Part shown: piece by piece, positions 62,959 through 64,000 of the stretch
How the letters are laid out: the number at the start of each line of letters is the position of its first letter
Position numbering within the stretch: the stretch's first letter is position 1
Origin: Bacillota bacterium
GTDB taxonomy: Bacteria; Bacillota; Sulfobacillia; JBFLWA01
NCBI GenBank assembly: GCA_040758135.1
Contig: JBFLWA010000001.1
Location: 134,713-198,712, forward strand
DNA: 64,000 nt
Direction of reading: 5' to 3'
The notes under the pieces: generated by a model
What the model was told of the DNA's origin: nothing
The model's input: the letters and a program-made list of their open reading frames with translations, nothing else
Databases searched by the model: none
Made by a program: the position numbers and the translations under genes

Positions 62959-64000
62959 CTAGACAGTGATCCCGATGAACCAGCGGGCGAGGTAGAAGTA
63001 GACTACCAGTGCTACCGCATCGACGATGGTGGTGATCAGGGGACCGGCCATGATTGCCGGATCCAGCCGCAGCCGCTGGGCGACCATAGGCAGAACGCCG
63101 CCGAGAATCTTGGCCAGCATCACCGTTGTTACCAGAGTGGCTGATACGGTCAGAGCAATGGGTGTGGAATAACCCTCGAAGAAGCGGATGCGGACGAAAT
63201 TGAGGGCGGCCAGCCCGACCCCCACCAACAGGCTGACCTGCATCTCCTTCCAGATCACCTTCAGCATATCCCGGAGTTCGATCTCCCGCAGGATGAGGCT
63301 GCGGATAACCAGGGTCGAGGCCTGTGAACCTGCGTTACCCCCGGTGTCCATCAGCATTGGGATGAAGGTGGCCAGGGCGACCACCGAGGCCAGAGTTGTC
63401 TCGAAACTGCGGATAATATAGCCGGTAAAGGTGGCTGACACCATCAGGACCAGCAGCCAGACAATGCGCTTACGGGCCAGGGCCATAATGCTGGTGTTCA
63501 GGTATTCTTCGTCAGACGGGACCAGGGCCGCCATGCGGTGAAAGTCCTCGGTAGTTTCCTGGTCGATGACATCTACGATATCGTCAATGGTGATGATTCC
63601 CACCAGGCGGTCTTCTCCGTCCACTACCGGGATGGCCAGAAGGTCGTACTTCTTGAAGATCCCGGCGATGTGCTCCTGGTCGTCATGGGTAGTGACCCGG
63701 ATCGGGTCGAGCCGCATGACTTGGCCCACAGTGGTTTCCGGGTCGGCGATAACCAGGTCACGCAGAGAGACGGTACCCGTCAGGCGGCGCTCGGAATCCG
63801 TCACATAGCAGGTGTAGATTGTCTCCTTGCGCGGGGCGATCTGCCTGATGCGTGCCAGCGCCTCGCCGGCGCTCTGATCGGGCCGGAGGGCGACATACTC
63901 GATGGTCATCAGGCTCCCGGCCGAGTTCTCAGGGTAGTTGAGGAACTGGTTAATCAGGCGGCGCTCGCTTTCGGGCGAGTTGCGCAGGATTTGGTTGACT
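62959..64000 (-). CDS. mgtE: magnesium transporter MgtE (5' end beyond window)
   Basis: CBS pair 'GTVSLRDLVIADPETTVGQVM' and MgtE TM domain 'PMLMDTGGNAGSQ'. The frame stays open to the window edge ('...SAGSLMTIEYVAL'). Confidence 0.8.
   Translation of the reverse strand, partial: VNQILRNSPESERRLINQFLNYPENSAGSLMTIEYVALRPDQSAGEALARIRQIAPRKETIYTCYVTDSERRLTGTVSLRDLVIADPETTVGQVMRLDPIRVTTHDDQEHIAGIFKKYDLLAIPVVDGEDRLVGIITIDDIVDVIDQETTEDFHRMAALVPSDEEYLNTSIMALARKRIVWLLVLMVSATFTGYIIRSFETTLASVVALATFIPMLMDTGGNAGSQASTLVIRSLILREIELRDMLKVIWKEMQVSLLVGVGLAALNFVRIRFFEGYSTPIALTVSATLVTTVMLAKILGGVLPMVAQRLRLDPAIMAGPLITTIVDAVALVVYFYLARWFIGITV

Noticed and set aside
1-64000. CRISPR arrays, IS elements/transposases, integrases, prophage, toxin-antitoxin or known defence systems
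   Set aside because: Searched by eye for direct repeat arrays and for DDE/recombinase/nuclease/helicase signatures. None found. The only repeats are short palindromes (terminators, TetR operator) and the shared 5' halves of the two tRNA-Leu genes.

Overview
High-GC (roughly 65%, estimated by eye) chromosomal segment of an endospore-forming Firmicute. The lineage call rests on a gerA-family germinant-receptor operon, the ThiT/ECF transporters and the Bacillus-like order polA-mutM-coaE-slt. A tyrosine phenol-lyase-like gene sits directly after pyk, which is reminiscent of Symbiobacterium-like organisms. Intact housekeeping genes include dnaE, polA, mutM, coaE, pyk, two tRNA-Leu, sat-cysC, a TPP-riboswitch-thiT-TPK operon, cbiMQO, an ECF sigma/anti-sigma pair, a TetR-regulated RND pump, GH4 plus PTS EIICB, and tldD/tldE with a run of peptidases. 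The first 15 kb is a peptidase/amidohydrolase island with a D-stereospecific flavour (S12 serine hydrolase, DppA, PepF, TldD/E, S9 peptidase, D-aminoacylase). The most striking pattern is an unusual density of decayed accessory genes while all large essential genes remain intact. The decayed genes are a class A bla, an M23 remnant, an Nth remnant, an MBL-fold gene, a PadR, an amber-split GAF/HD-GYP, a TrkA-C protein, a TauE half and a TGS remnant. The most novel-looking candidate is a convergent sulfur/amino-sugar cluster: an extended LmbE-like deacetylase, an overlapping GNAT, a small beta-propeller, and sat-cysC with a TauE remnant. Long G homopolymers sit at the dnaE and LmbE translation starts and at two frameshift sites. 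No CRISPR array, IS element, prophage or recognisable defence system was seen.
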